A program made the translations under genes and the position numbers. The notes below the pieces were generated by a model. That model ran no database searches. It was given only the letters and a program-made list of their open reading frames with translations, and had not been told where the DNA came from. Below, in pieces: positions 8,696-18,410 of a stretch of 64,000 nt of DNA. The first letter of the stretch is position 1, and the number at the start of each line of letters is the position of its first letter. This DNA is from Bacteroidia bacterium (GTDB taxonomy: Bacteria; Bacteroidota; Bacteroidia; NS11-12g; UBA955). The stretch covers positions 5,930-69,929 of the forward strand of contig JBIPPH010000005.1 of assembly GCA_044368575.1 (NCBI GenBank), given 5' to 3'.

Positions 8696-10832
8696 GCTGT
8701 TCGTGTTTTCGTTGTTCTAAAATTAATTCTAAATCGATGGTCCTTTTTACTTTATTGGCGCCCATCACCATTACTTTGACGGCATCACCCAATTTAAATT
8801 GTTGATGGTACCTCATGCCTTCAACCACCATTAAGTACTGATCAAATTCATAACGATCGCCTTGTATTTGATTTAAGCGCACCATACCCTCACATTTAAA
8901 CTCGTTGATTTCAACAAATATACCGAAATCTGTTAAGCCAGTTACCACCCCTTCAAAGACTTTCCCTACTTGAGTTTCCATCCACTCTGCTTGTTTATAT
9001 TTAATGGAGGCTCTTTCAGCATCTGTGGCTAAAATTTCCATTTTGGAACTTTGTTTACAGGCTAAATCCAATTGCTCTTCTGTCATTTGAAAGGCTTGCT
9101 GAATGGTTTGTTGTTTTAAATAAGCAAACAATAACCTATGAACTAAAATATCAGGGTACCTTCTAATGGGCGATGTAAAATGGGTATAATGCTCAAATGC
9201 TAAACCAAAATGACTTGGTTTATTGGGAGTGTATACCGCTTTGGCCATACTTCTCACACACATATTTCGAATCACATCTTGCTCTGGCTTGCCCTCTACT
9301 TTAGCAGATAAATCGTTGATAGATTGTCTGATTTGTTGATCATTATCTATAGCAATATTGTAACCAAATCTGGCCACAAACCTTTTGAGTTCTTGCAGTT
9401 TAAGATCTGATGGAAAATCATGGGTACGGTATACAAATGGTTTACGAGGTTTAATTTGATAAGCCCATTCAGCAACCGTTTTATTGGCTAACAACATCAA
9501 TTCTTCTATGAGTTTATTAGTATCTTGCCTTTGTTTAACTTTCAAACCTATTGGTTGATTTTGGGCATTCAACACAAACTGATATTCAACTGATTCAAAG
9601 GCCATAGCCCCGTGTTCAAACCTTAATTTATTGAGGTGTTTGGCAAATGTATTGAGATGATTAATGACCTCATAGTTTAGTCCATGGCCTTGGTCTAATA
9701 TGGCCTGTGCTTCTTCATAACTGTATCGCTTATCAGAATGAATAATGGTTTTAGCAAACCTTTTGGATTGAATAACAAAATCACTGTTCACATTAAAGAT
9801 AACTGAACAACATAGACGGTCCTGATTGGGAACCAATGAACAAACCACATCACTTAAGTCAAACGGCAACATGGGAACTACTCTATCCACTAAATAAATA
9901 GATGTAGCGCGCTTTAAAGCTTCTTGATCGAGCAATGAACCAGGCTGAACATAATGACTCACATCGGCAATGTGAACGCCCAATTCGAAGCCTCCATCAG
10001 CAAGTGGCTTGTAAGATATGGCGTCATCAAAATCTTTAGCAGTAACTGGGTCTATTGTAAAAGTTAAGGTAGACCTAAAATCTTCGCGTTCATTCAAGTC
10101 TACTTGACTTAATTTTTCGGACACTAATTTGGCTTCTTGTTCTACCTCTGCAGAAAAGGCGCTTGGTAAACCATACTCGGCTAAAATGGCATGCATTTCT
10201 GTTTGATGTTCACCGGCAGGCCCCAATACAGATTGCACTTTGGCTAATGGATAATGTTTGTCTTTGCGATAATCCAAAATGGTAAATACCACTTTATAAC
10301 CCTCTTTGAAATGGGGGGCATAGTCCACAGAGAATGGCATTTGAAACTTTGGAGAATCAGGGAGTATTAGCCATGCCTTTGATTTGAGATGCAAAACGCC
10401 TGTAAAGGTTTTGTCAGCGTGCTGAAGGCATCTGATTACTTCGGCATGCATTTTCTTTTTACCCTGTTGAATCAATTCTGCCTCAACCACATCAAAAGGC
10501 AACAATGGCACTTTAGAATGGGTCACTATAAAATCTTCCTCGTAGCCCTCTACAGCCAAAAATATTCTGCCACTTTTATTGATATCAATTTTTCCTGTCA
10601 AAAGCGTTCTTGGCCTTGGTAAATAAAATTTATAAGGTCCTTTTTGTTCAATTCTACCGGCGCTGATCAAACTGTTCAATACCGGCAAAAGGTCATCTGC
10701 GTTTCTAGGCAAATCATCTATTTGCAAACGCACATAAATTTGTTTATGGTTTAAAATCTTCCCATAGTTTTCTTTAAAAACATTGATGATTTCTGATTCT
10801 AAACGCTGAGTACTTAATTTTTTTCTTGACAT
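8670..10832 (-). CDS. rnr: ribonuclease R
   Basis: 720 aa. Cold-shock/OB N-terminus, RNB catalytic domain (TIDPVTAKDFDDAIS, HFGLAFEHYTHFTSPIRRYPD), C-terminal S1 domain and a basic tail. Its 3' end overlaps the next gene by 26 nt. Confidence 0.95.
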   Translation of the reverse strand: MSRKKLSTQRLESEIINVFKENYGKILNHKQIYVRLQIDDLPRNADDLLPVLNSLISAGRIEQKGPYKFYLPRPRTLLTGKIDINKSGRIFLAVEGYEEDFIVTHSKVPLLPFDVVEAELIQQGKKKMHAEVIRCLQHADKTFTGVLHLKSKAWLILPDSPKFQMPFSVDYAPHFKEGYKVVFTILDYRKDKHYPLAKVQSVLGPAGEHQTEMHAILAEYGLPSAFSAEVEQEAKLVSEKLSQVDLNEREDFRSTLTFTIDPVTAKDFDDAISYKPLADGGFELGVHIADVSHYVQPGSLLDQEALKRATSIYLVDRVVPMLPFDLSDVVCSLVPNQDRLCCSVIFNVNSDFVIQSKRFAKTIIHSDKRYSYEEAQAILDQGHGLNYEVINHLNTFAKHLNKLRFEHGAMAFESVEYQFVLNAQNQPIGLKVKQRQDTNKLIEELMLLANKTVAEWAYQIKPRKPFVYRTHDFPSDLKLQELKRFVARFGYNIAIDNDQQIRQSINDLSAKVEGKPEQDVIRNMCVRSMAKAVYTPNKPSHFGLAFEHYTHFTSPIRRYPDILVHRLLFAYLKQQTIQQAFQMTEEQLDLACKQSSKMEILATDAERASIKYKQAEWMETQVGKVFEGVVTGLTDFGIFVEINEFKCEGMVRLNQIQGDRYEFDQYLMVVEGMRYHQQFKLGDAVKVMVMGANKVKRTIDLELILEQRKHEQHGKRHRRY

Positions 10833-12427
10833 TAAATGTGTGACAACAATGACTGTGTGTAGACAGACTGACTGTTTTTAATGAGGTCCGCAGTAAGACC
10901 TTGTTCCAGTAATTGTCCGTTTTGCAGGACCAACAGATAATCACTCATCCATGCAGCAACGGCCATAGAATGCGTAATCAGCAATAAACTCAATCCTTCC
11001 TCTACTTGCAATTGTTTTAGCAAGTTTAATATCTGAGCCTGAACAGACAAATCCAAAGCCGAGGTAGACTCATCGCAAATCAATAACTGCGGCCCAACTG
11101 CTAATGCTCTGGCTATGCAGATACGCTGTCTTTGTCCTCCAGAAAACGCATTAGGATATTTTTCTAAATCATTGGCTTGCAGACCAACTTTTTGCATCAA
11201 TGATTGACTGTGAGTTATTCTGCCCTGATGATCTAAATCTGGTCTGTGCTTAATAAGTACCTCATGAAACATGGTTTGAATTCTGTGCTTAGGATTCAAT
11301 GCAGCAAAAGGATCTTGAAATATCATTTGCACCTGACTGCTCAATAATTGACCAGAACCAATTTGATAGCTTATTTGACCCTCCGTTGAGGCTTCTAATT
11401 GAACTAATATTTTAGACAAGGTACTTTTGCCCGAACCTGATTCACCTATCAAAGCAGTACACCAACCCTTTTTGATATCAAAACTGATGTTATTGAGGGC
11501 TTTTACTGTGCCAATCTTACTTGTATACGTTTTCGACAAGGTGTCAATATGCAGTATGCTTTGTGCATCAGATGGAGGTGCATCAGCATAGGCCGATGTA
11601 TTCAATTGAGCTTGCCCGTTGTCAATACTCACCAAATAATGACCTCTTCTGTCTGGGTTAGGCTTACATTGCAACAATGCCTTAGTATAGGCTTGTTGTG
11701 GATTGTTAATCAAGGTTTGAGTAGGACCTGTTTCAATGATTTGTCCTTTGTAAAAGACCGCAATGCGATCAGCGTATTTAGCTACTGCATCTAAATCATG
11801 AGAGATTAAAATGACAGACTTCCCTTTTTGCACACACAGCGTTTTGAGAAGCTTTAGAATACCATCTTGTACATTGGCATCTAAAGCAGTTGTAGGTTCA
11901 TCGGCGATAATGATATCAGGGTCACCAGCCAATGCCATTGCAATCATGACTCTTTGCCTTTGCCCTCCTGACAATTCAAAAGGATAAGAAGAGGCAACGC
12001 GCTCATAGTCGTACAATTCAACTTCTTTTAACAAAGCAATGAGTTGTTCTTCAATGGCTTGACGACCTTTCACACCAACTAATTTCAAATTTTCTCTGAG
12101 TTGTTGACCACAGGTTTGAACGGGGTTCAAGGCTGTAAGGGGCTCCTGAAAAACATATGCAAAATGTTTTAAGGCCAGCATTTTGCGCAATTCAGCAGTC
12201 ATGGAGATGCAGTCATAGGATTGCCCATTGACATCTGTGTAAACAATCTGACCTGAAACCGTTAATGTTTTGGGCAACAGGCCACCAATAGCCAAACATG
12301 TCAAAGATTTTCCTGAACCAGACTCTCCCACTATACCCAAGAGTTCTTGGCTATTTAATTTAAAAGAGACTTGATTCAACAAGGAGGCTCCAGAGGCTTT
12401 GATGCTTAAATTGTCTACTGACAACAT
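10832..12427 (-). CDS. ABC transporter ATP-binding protein with duplicated ATPase domains (YejF/DppDF-like)
   Basis: Two Walker A motifs (GESGSGKS twice), two signature motifs (LSGGQRQR, FSGGQRQR) and two Walker B motifs (IIIADEPT, LLICDEST). No TM segment and no permease gene nearby. Its stop overlaps the rnr start (TAATG). Confidence 0.9.
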   Translation of the reverse strand: MLSVDNLSIKASGASLLNQVSFKLNSQELLGIVGESGSGKSLTCLAIGGLLPKTLTVSGQIVYTDVNGQSYDCISMTAELRKMLALKHFAYVFQEPLTALNPVQTCGQQLRENLKLVGVKGRQAIEEQLIALLKEVELYDYERVASSYPFELSGGQRQRVMIAMALAGDPDIIIADEPTTALDANVQDGILKLLKTLCVQKGKSVILISHDLDAVAKYADRIAVFYKGQIIETGPTQTLINNPQQAYTKALLQCKPNPDRRGHYLVSIDNGQAQLNTSAYADAPPSDAQSILHIDTLSKTYTSKIGTVKALNNISFDIKKGWCTALIGESGSGKSTLSKILVQLEASTEGQISYQIGSGQLLSSQVQMIFQDPFAALNPKHRIQTMFHEVLIKHRPDLDHQGRITHSQSLMQKVGLQANDLEKYPNAFSGGQRQRICIARALAVGPQLLICDESTSALDLSVQAQILNLLKQLQVEEGLSLLLITHSMAVAAWMSDYLLVLQNGQLLEQGLTADLIKNSQSVYTQSLLSHI

Positions 12428-12459
12428 GCTTCAAAGTTAATGCCTATAAAGTGAATATC

Positions 12460-13374
12460 CTATTCTGGAATGGTTTGAATAAAGTCCAATAAATAGGCAG
12501 GAGATGGCAAAACTTCCATATTGTCTTGAAACTTTAAATCTTTGCGATTCACAATTTGAGCACCAGACAACAACACTTTGGTGGTTTTCCAATGTTTACC
12601 TAAATGATTAATAAAAGTTTGCAAGCTTACGTTGCTGTTCAATGAAGTGATGATACTGAATATGAAATCAGGCTTTCTAACATCAAATATCTGATAAAGG
12701 TCTTCAAAAGGTGTTTGAGACCCTAAATAAATCACTTCGTGCCCGCGAGAACGAATAACATAATTGGCAAATAAAATACTCAAATCATGCTGCTCTCCGG
12801 TTGGCACAAAGACCAAGAATTTTTTGGCATTTGGAAAAGGTCTAACCGATAAACTATCAATTGCTACAAATAACCTCTGGCGGATAAGATTGGTAATAAA
12901 ATGTTCGTGAGCAGGGTGAAGAGAACCAGCTAACCACAACAATCCAATTTGTTCCAAGAAAGGGAACACAATCTGGATCATGCTGTCTTCTAAACCTAAT
13001 TTTAAGATGTTAATGGATAAAACTTTGTTGAATTCTTTCTCATCAAACAACATCATGTGACTGATCAACGCTTGAATTTGCCCATCGTATTTGGATTTAT
13101 GCTCAGACAATTCTTGACATAGATCTTGAATCTCTTGTTTGTCCATCAGGGCGATTTTGGAAATCTTGTACCCATTGTTGTTCAAGATTGAAATATTTAG
13201 GATGAGGCGCAATTGTTCTTCGTCATAGTAGCGGATACCAGTATCCGTTCTGTGTGGCTCAAAAATTTTGTACCTTTGTTCCCAAATTCTAATGGTATGC
13301 GCTTTGATACCAGTAATGTTCTCAAGGTCTTTGATGAACAATTTGTTCCTAAAATCTTTCTTTCCAGTTTTCAT
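12460..13374 (-). CDS. MerR-family transcriptional regulator with a C-terminal cobalamin-binding domain (CarH/LitR-like)
   Basis: N-terminal MerR HTH (IKDLENITGIKAHTIRIWEQRYKIFEPHRTDTGIRYYDEEQL). The helical-bundle motif W-x9-E-H is present exactly (LLWLAGSLHPAHEHF). The Rossmann segment VFVPTGEQHDLSILFANYVIRSRGHEVIYLGSQTP aligns with the ExHxxG lower-ligand motif, with Ser in place of Gly. Confidence 0.85.
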   Translation of the reverse strand: MKTGKKDFRNKLFIKDLENITGIKAHTIRIWEQRYKIFEPHRTDTGIRYYDEEQLRLILNISILNNNGYKISKIALMDKQEIQDLCQELSEHKSKYDGQIQALISHMMLFDEKEFNKVLSINILKLGLEDSMIQIVFPFLEQIGLLWLAGSLHPAHEHFITNLIRQRLFVAIDSLSVRPFPNAKKFLVFVPTGEQHDLSILFANYVIRSRGHEVIYLGSQTPFEDLYQIFDVRKPDFIFSIITSLNSNVSLQTFINHLGKHWKTTKVLLSGAQIVNRKDLKFQDNMEVLPSPAYLLDFIQTIPE

Positions 13375-13395
13375 TTTTTTAAAACCAATTTCAAA

Positions 13396-13411
13396 TAGTT
13401 TTGTTAAACAA
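13396..13411 (+). promoter_or_regulatory. candidate Bacteroidota -7 box (TAGTTTTG) overlapping a short palindrome TTGTT-A-AACAA
   Basis: The intergenic region between the divergent CarH-like gene and the SDR gene is only 42 nt. TAGTTTTG fits TAnnTTTG and lies 14 nt before the ATG at 13417. The palindrome at 13401-13411 is a possible operator. No clear -33 TTTG. Confidence 0.3.
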
Positions 13412-13416
13412 GAACA

Positions 13417-14313
13417 ATGTCTAAAATATTAATTGCAGGAGGAAGCGGATTAATTGGTTCAAGACTTATTCAAATGTTTAAACAAAGCAATATTGAATTT
13501 GTTTTACTCAGTACACAAAAAATTAAATGCAATCAAATAGACATAGTATACTGGCAGCCTCAAGAAGGCATATATCCCACCCTAGACTTAAGTCAGTTCA
13601 AGGCTTGCGTTAATTTTAGTGGGCAAGGCATATTTGACCAGAGGATTGGCATTAAACGCTTGAGTCAATTGTACGACAGTCGGATCCAAGCCTTGAATAC
13701 GCTAAAGAAAATGTTCGAGGAACAAGGGCTGCAAATTCCTCTATTGATTTCTGCATCCGCCATAGGCATCTACCCAGACCAAACAAAAACCACATTAACT
13801 GAATTGAGCCCAAAGGCTAATAATTGGGTATCAGATTTGGTACATGCATGGGAAGACGCTGCTAATCAAGTGCCGCATCAGGCAATTAATCTTTTGCGCA
13901 TTGGCATCGTATTAAGCGATAAAGGTGGCTTTTTAGACCGACTAGCGCCTTTAACTAAAATGGGATTAGGCGCCATTCCAGGGCATGGCAAACAAATCTG
14001 CAGTTGGATTCATATTGATGATGTTTGTGGCATTATTTTACATTTACTTGAACAAAAACAATCAGGTACTTACAATGTTTGTGCCCCTATACCTTGCAGT
14101 CTTGAAACGCTTCAAAAATCCCTAGCAGAAAGACTTCACAGAAAAATACTATTACCAAATATCCCTGCTTTTGTTTTGAGAATGGTATTTGGCAATAGAC
14201 GTGCTCAATTAATTTTAGCTGACCAAACAGTATGTTCAAAAGCCATTGAACAAAATGGTTATGCGTTCAAATTTTCTAATATTTCAGATTGTTTAACCCA
14301 ACTATACCCCTAA
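13417..14313 (+). CDS. TIGR01777-family NAD-dependent epimerase/SDR (YfcH-like, DUF1731 C-terminus)
   Basis: N-terminal ILIAGGSGLIGSRL Rossmann motif, about 298 aa, with a characteristic C-terminal segment (VLRMVFGNRRAQLILADQTV...GYAFKF). Confidence 0.85.
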   Translation: MSKILIAGGSGLIGSRLIQMFKQSNIEFVLLSTQKIKCNQIDIVYWQPQEGIYPTLDLSQFKACVNFSGQGIFDQRIGIKRLSQLYDSRIQALNTLKKMFEEQGLQIPLLISASAIGIYPDQTKTTLTELSPKANNWVSDLVHAWEDAANQVPHQAINLLRIGIVLSDKGGFLDRLAPLTKMGLGAIPGHGKQICSWIHIDDVCGIILHLLEQKQSGTYNVCAPIPCSLETLQKSLAERLHRKILLPNIPAFVLRMVFGNRRAQLILADQTVCSKAIEQNGYAFKFSNISDCLTQLYP

Positions 14314-15620
14314 TGGAACTATGTATTTTTTGGTTTCGAAGAGACCTTAGACTTCATGATAATGCTGGTTTGTTCAAAGCTTTGAGCGCTGAACAAAATG
14401 TACTCCCTATTTTCATTTTTGACAGTGACATTTTAAACCAATTAAACAATAAAAATGATGCCAGAGTAAGCTTTATTTATGACGCTGTATCGGCTCTTAA
14501 AACTGAACTTAAAGCTATTGGTTCTGATTTATTAGTGCTTCACGGTTCTGCCTTGGATTGTTGGACTGAGCTTTTGAATCAACACAATATTACTGCTGTA
14601 TATTGCAATGAAGATTACGAGCCATATGCGCTTAACAGAGACCAAAACGTTCAGTCTTTATTAAGCAAAAACAATATTGTTTTTAAGACATTTAAAGACC
14701 ATTGTATTTTCAGATACGATGAAGTACTTAAGGATGATGGCAAGCCCTACACCGTCTACACGCCTTATGCTAAAAAATGGAAACAAAGACTGCAATCGCA
14801 ACCCATTGAAACCTTTCCTAGTGAAAAACACTTAACCCAATTGACTAAAGCCTATTCATTTGAAATACCAAGTATAGAATCGATGGGTTTCACGAAACAT
14901 GCTCGCGTATTCCCCGGAAAAACGGTGCAAATGGGTTTAATTAAACAATATGATCAAAACAGAAACTTTCCTAGCATTGAGGGCACCAGTAAATTGTCTG
15001 TTCATTTTAGATTTGGCACCATTTCTATCAGAGAAAAAGCCCTTAAGGCAATTAGCTTAAGTGAAACTTGGTTAAATGAATTGATCTGGAGAGACTTTTA
15101 CATACAAATCATGGCGCACTTTCCACATGCCATGTCATCGGCCTTCAAGCCAGAATACGACCTCATTGAATGGCTCAATGATGAGCAGGCATTTCATGCC
15201 TGGTGCAAAGGTCAAACAGGTTACCCTATTGTTGATGCCGGCATGAGGGAACTGAACACTACTGGTTTTATGCACAACAGGGTTAGAATGATTGTATCCA
15301 GCTTTTTGTGCAAACATTTGTTAATCGATTGGCGTTGGGGTGAAGCCTATTTCGCTGAACAATTAAACGACTTTGAACTGGCCTCTAACAATGGTGGTTG
15401 GCAATGGGCTGCTGGGAGTGGCGTTGATGCGGCTCCCTATTTCAGAATATTCAATCCGAGTTTACAAACTGAGCGCTTTGATCCCAAACAAATTTACATA
15501 CAAAACTGGTTAGGTAAAGACTATCTTAAACAATACCCCAAACCGATAGTCGAGCACACATTTGCAAGAAATCGTTGCCTTGAAGTATACAAATCAGGGC
15601 TTGCAAAGTCAAGATTGTAA
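14313..15620 (+). CDS. phrB: deoxyribodipyrimidine photolyase / cryptochrome family protein
   Basis: FWFRRDLRLHDN N-terminus and a FAD-binding C-terminal block (TGYPIVDAGMRELNTTGFMHNRVRMIVSSFL...WQWAAGSGVDAAPYFRIFNP). I place the start at ATG 14313, which overlaps the upstream TAA (TAATG), rather than the track start at 14289. CPD photolyase versus DASH type cannot be told apart by eye. Confidence 0.9.
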   Translation: MELCIFWFRRDLRLHDNAGLFKALSAEQNVLPIFIFDSDILNQLNNKNDARVSFIYDAVSALKTELKAIGSDLLVLHGSALDCWTELLNQHNITAVYCNEDYEPYALNRDQNVQSLLSKNNIVFKTFKDHCIFRYDEVLKDDGKPYTVYTPYAKKWKQRLQSQPIETFPSEKHLTQLTKAYSFEIPSIESMGFTKHARVFPGKTVQMGLIKQYDQNRNFPSIEGTSKLSVHFRFGTISIREKALKAISLSETWLNELIWRDFYIQIMAHFPHAMSSAFKPEYDLIEWLNDEQAFHAWCKGQTGYPIVDAGMRELNTTGFMHNRVRMIVSSFLCKHLLIDWRWGEAYFAEQLNDFELASNNGGWQWAAGSGVDAAPYFRIFNPSLQTERFDPKQIYIQNWLGKDYLKQYPKPIVEHTFARNRCLEVYKSGLAKSRL

Positions 15621-15664
15621 ATGCGGTTTAAAAGTTTAAATTTGCAAGAAATTTCAAGATCATT

Positions 15665-16555
15665 ATGAAACATATTTCGGTTATTGGTTGTGGCACAATG
15701 GGCAATGGTATTGCACACGTATTTGCCTTATCTGGCTATTCAGTTCAATTAATTGACATCAATGAACAAGCCTTGCAAAAAGCCATTCAAAAAATTGGCT
15801 CAAACCTAGACAGACAAGTCAGCAAACAAATCATAACTGAAGAGCAAAAAGCAAGCACGCTTGCTAATATCAACCCAACAACTGACCTTGCACAAGGGGT
15901 TTCAAAAGCAGATTTAGTGATTGAAGCGGCCACTGAAAATGTTGGCATCAAACTTCAATTGTTTAAAGACATTGATGCCCATGCCCCTGCTCATTGTATT
16001 TTATCTTCAAACACCTCTTCTATCAGCATCACCAAAATTGCAGCCGTTACTAATCGCCCTGAGCAAGTTATTGGTATGCATTTTATGAATCCAGTTCCAG
16101 TAATGAAATTGGTTGAGGTGATCAATGGATTCAAAACGTCTACTGCTACTACCAATACCATAATGGAATTGAGTAAAGCCATTGGCAAAGTGGCAACCTT
16201 GGTGAATGACTATCCTGGTTTTGTGGCCAACAGAATATTAATGCCTATGATCAATGAGGCCATCATCACCTTAAACGAAGGTGTTGCGGGTGTACATGAA
16301 ATCGATACGGTGATGAAATTAGGTATGGCTCACCCAATGGGACCATTACAATTGGCTGATTTCATTGGCTTAGATGTGTGTTTAGCCATTATGAATGTGC
16401 TTCACGATGGTTTGGGCAATCCAAAATATGCCGCAAGTCCATTGTTGATCAACATGGTTACCTCTGGTGATTTAGGGGTAAAATCTGGTCGAGGATTCTA
16501 CGATTACAGCCACGGCGGCAAAGAGCTAGTGGTTGCGCCAAAATTCAATTCTTAA
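15665..16555 (+). CDS. hbd: 3-hydroxybutyryl-CoA / 3-hydroxyacyl-CoA dehydrogenase
   Basis: VIGCGTMGNGIA NAD motif, SNTSS, and a MHFMNPVPVMKLVE...GFVANR core. 296 aa. Confidence 0.9.
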   Translation: MKHISVIGCGTMGNGIAHVFALSGYSVQLIDINEQALQKAIQKIGSNLDRQVSKQIITEEQKASTLANINPTTDLAQGVSKADLVIEAATENVGIKLQLFKDIDAHAPAHCILSSNTSSISITKIAAVTNRPEQVIGMHFMNPVPVMKLVEVINGFKTSTATTNTIMELSKAIGKVATLVNDYPGFVANRILMPMINEAIITLNEGVAGVHEIDTVMKLGMAHPMGPLQLADFIGLDVCLAIMNVLHDGLGNPKYAASPLLINMVTSGDLGVKSGRGFYDYSHGGKELVVAPKFNS

Positions 16556-16619
16556 CAAAGCGGGGTTTTTATACCCTTAAGATTGGTTTTTTGCTAAAAG
16601 TTTAGCAAATTGCAACCTT

Positions 16620-18401
16620 ATGGCGAACAAAGAATCATGGGGCTCCAGAGTAGGGCTTATTCTTGCAATGGCAGGCAATGCCGTTGGATTAGGTAACTTC
16701 TTAAGGTTTCCTGTTCAGGCAATTCAAAATGGTGGTGGAGCATTCATCATCCCCTATTTAGTTTGTTTTTTACTGATGGGCTTACCCTTGTTATATGTGG
16801 AATGGGCCATGGGTAGATTCGGTGGTAAATCAAGCAACCATTCAACGCCATTCATACTTGACAGCATGGGCAAAAAACGCCTCTGGAAATACGTTGGGGT
16901 GTTTGGTATTTTTACCAATATTGCCGTAGCTGCTTATTATTGCTACCTAGAAAGCTGGACCCTCTCTTATGTATACCATTCTGTGATTGGCACTTTCCAA
17001 GGCATGAGCCAAGATGCAGTTGGAGGTTTCTTTGGCAACTATGTAGATGTAGCTAAAAACAATGCCAGCTTCCCGTTCGAAGCCATTATTTTCTGGATTG
17101 TATGTTTATTTTTAAACACTTGGATTTTAAGTAAAGGCCTCAGTGGTGGGGTTGAAAAAACCGCTAAAATCGGCATGCCTTTATTAATCGTATTTGGTAT
17201 TTTCTTGGCTATTCAAGGGGTTACGCTTAAAGCAGGTCAACACCATGCCATTCATCCAGGCACTCTGGGTTTAAATTACTTATGGACGCCGGAATTCTCC
17301 AGTATTTGGAACGCTAAAGTATGGCTGGCGGCGGCAGGACAAATCTTCTTTACTTTGTCATTGGGTATGGGCTCAATACATTGTTACGCCTCATACATTA
17401 AAGCTAATGACGACATCGCCCTCAACTCACAATCTGCTGGTTGGATGAATGAATTCGTAGAAGTGGTTTTAGGCAGTTCAATTTTAATTCCTATCGCTAT
17501 CGGTTATTTAGGCATAGACCAAGTGGTTGAAATGACTAAAACAGGTGGCTTAGGCTTAGGCTTCAAAACCTTACCATACTTATTCCAACAATGGGGCCCT
17601 ACCCTTGCAATGGTATCAGGTGTGATGTGGTTCGGACTATTATTTTTTGCAGGTATCACCTCCTCTTTAGCCATGGGTACACCATGGATGGGCTTCTTTG
17701 AAGATGAATTTGGATGGAGCCGTCAAAAAGGCGCTTGGACTTTTGGTCTAGTGGTTTTGATATTAGGCTTACCTACAGTACTCTTCTTTAACCAAGGGGT
17801 TTTTGATGAATTTGATTATTGGGCGGGCACTGTTTCATTGGTGGTCTTTGCCTTCATTGAAATTCTATTATTTGCATGGGTATTCGGTATAGACAAAGGC
17901 TGGAGAGAGATCACCACAGGTGCTGACATTGTTGTACCAACGATTTATAAATTCATCATTAAATACATTACGCCATTAATTCTTGGTTTTGTATTTTTTG
18001 CCAGTATCCCAGACATTTGGAATACTATTCAGCACACTTCTACCAAAACTGAAATTGCTGAAGCCAGCAATCCACAAATGCTTAAAGATGATATTTATAA
18101 AATTCGAAACAACGAATTGGCCCAATTGTCAGACTCAGTTATTTATCATGGAGAAGACATTATGAATAACCAAACGCTCGACAAAAAAACCAAGTCAAGC
18201 ATATTTGCAGTAAGAGAAAAACAAAAATTATACGAGACCTACACCGCTGAATCGTTTTCACTCAACACTTTTATCAGAGAGAAAGAGAACATTATGTGGT
18301 TTAAGAACATCTCAAGACCATTCTTAATCATCGTATTCTTATTGATCGCTTACACCGTTCATTTAGCCAGCAAAAAACGTCGCCAAACCAACCCTCAATA
18401 A
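16620..18401 (+). CDS. sodium-dependent transporter, neurotransmitter:sodium symporter (SNF/NSS) family
   Basis: WGSRVGLILAMAGNAVGLGNFLRFP signature and about 12 TM helices. There is also a non-canonical hydrophilic C-terminal extension of roughly 110 aa that ends in one more TM helix. Confidence 0.9.
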   Translation: MANKESWGSRVGLILAMAGNAVGLGNFLRFPVQAIQNGGGAFIIPYLVCFLLMGLPLLYVEWAMGRFGGKSSNHSTPFILDSMGKKRLWKYVGVFGIFTNIAVAAYYCYLESWTLSYVYHSVIGTFQGMSQDAVGGFFGNYVDVAKNNASFPFEAIIFWIVCLFLNTWILSKGLSGGVEKTAKIGMPLLIVFGIFLAIQGVTLKAGQHHAIHPGTLGLNYLWTPEFSSIWNAKVWLAAAGQIFFTLSLGMGSIHCYASYIKANDDIALNSQSAGWMNEFVEVVLGSSILIPIAIGYLGIDQVVEMTKTGGLGLGFKTLPYLFQQWGPTLAMVSGVMWFGLLFFAGITSSLAMGTPWMGFFEDEFGWSRQKGAWTFGLVVLILGLPTVLFFNQGVFDEFDYWAGTVSLVVFAFIEILLFAWVFGIDKGWREITTGADIVVPTIYKFIIKYITPLILGFVFFASIPDIWNTIQHTSTKTEIAEASNPQMLKDDIYKIRNNELAQLSDSVIYHGEDIMNNQTLDKKTKSSIFAVREKQKLYETYTAESFSLNTFIREKENIMWFKNISRPFLIIVFLLIAYTVHLASKKRRQTNPQ

Positions 18402-18410
18402 TCAACACAC

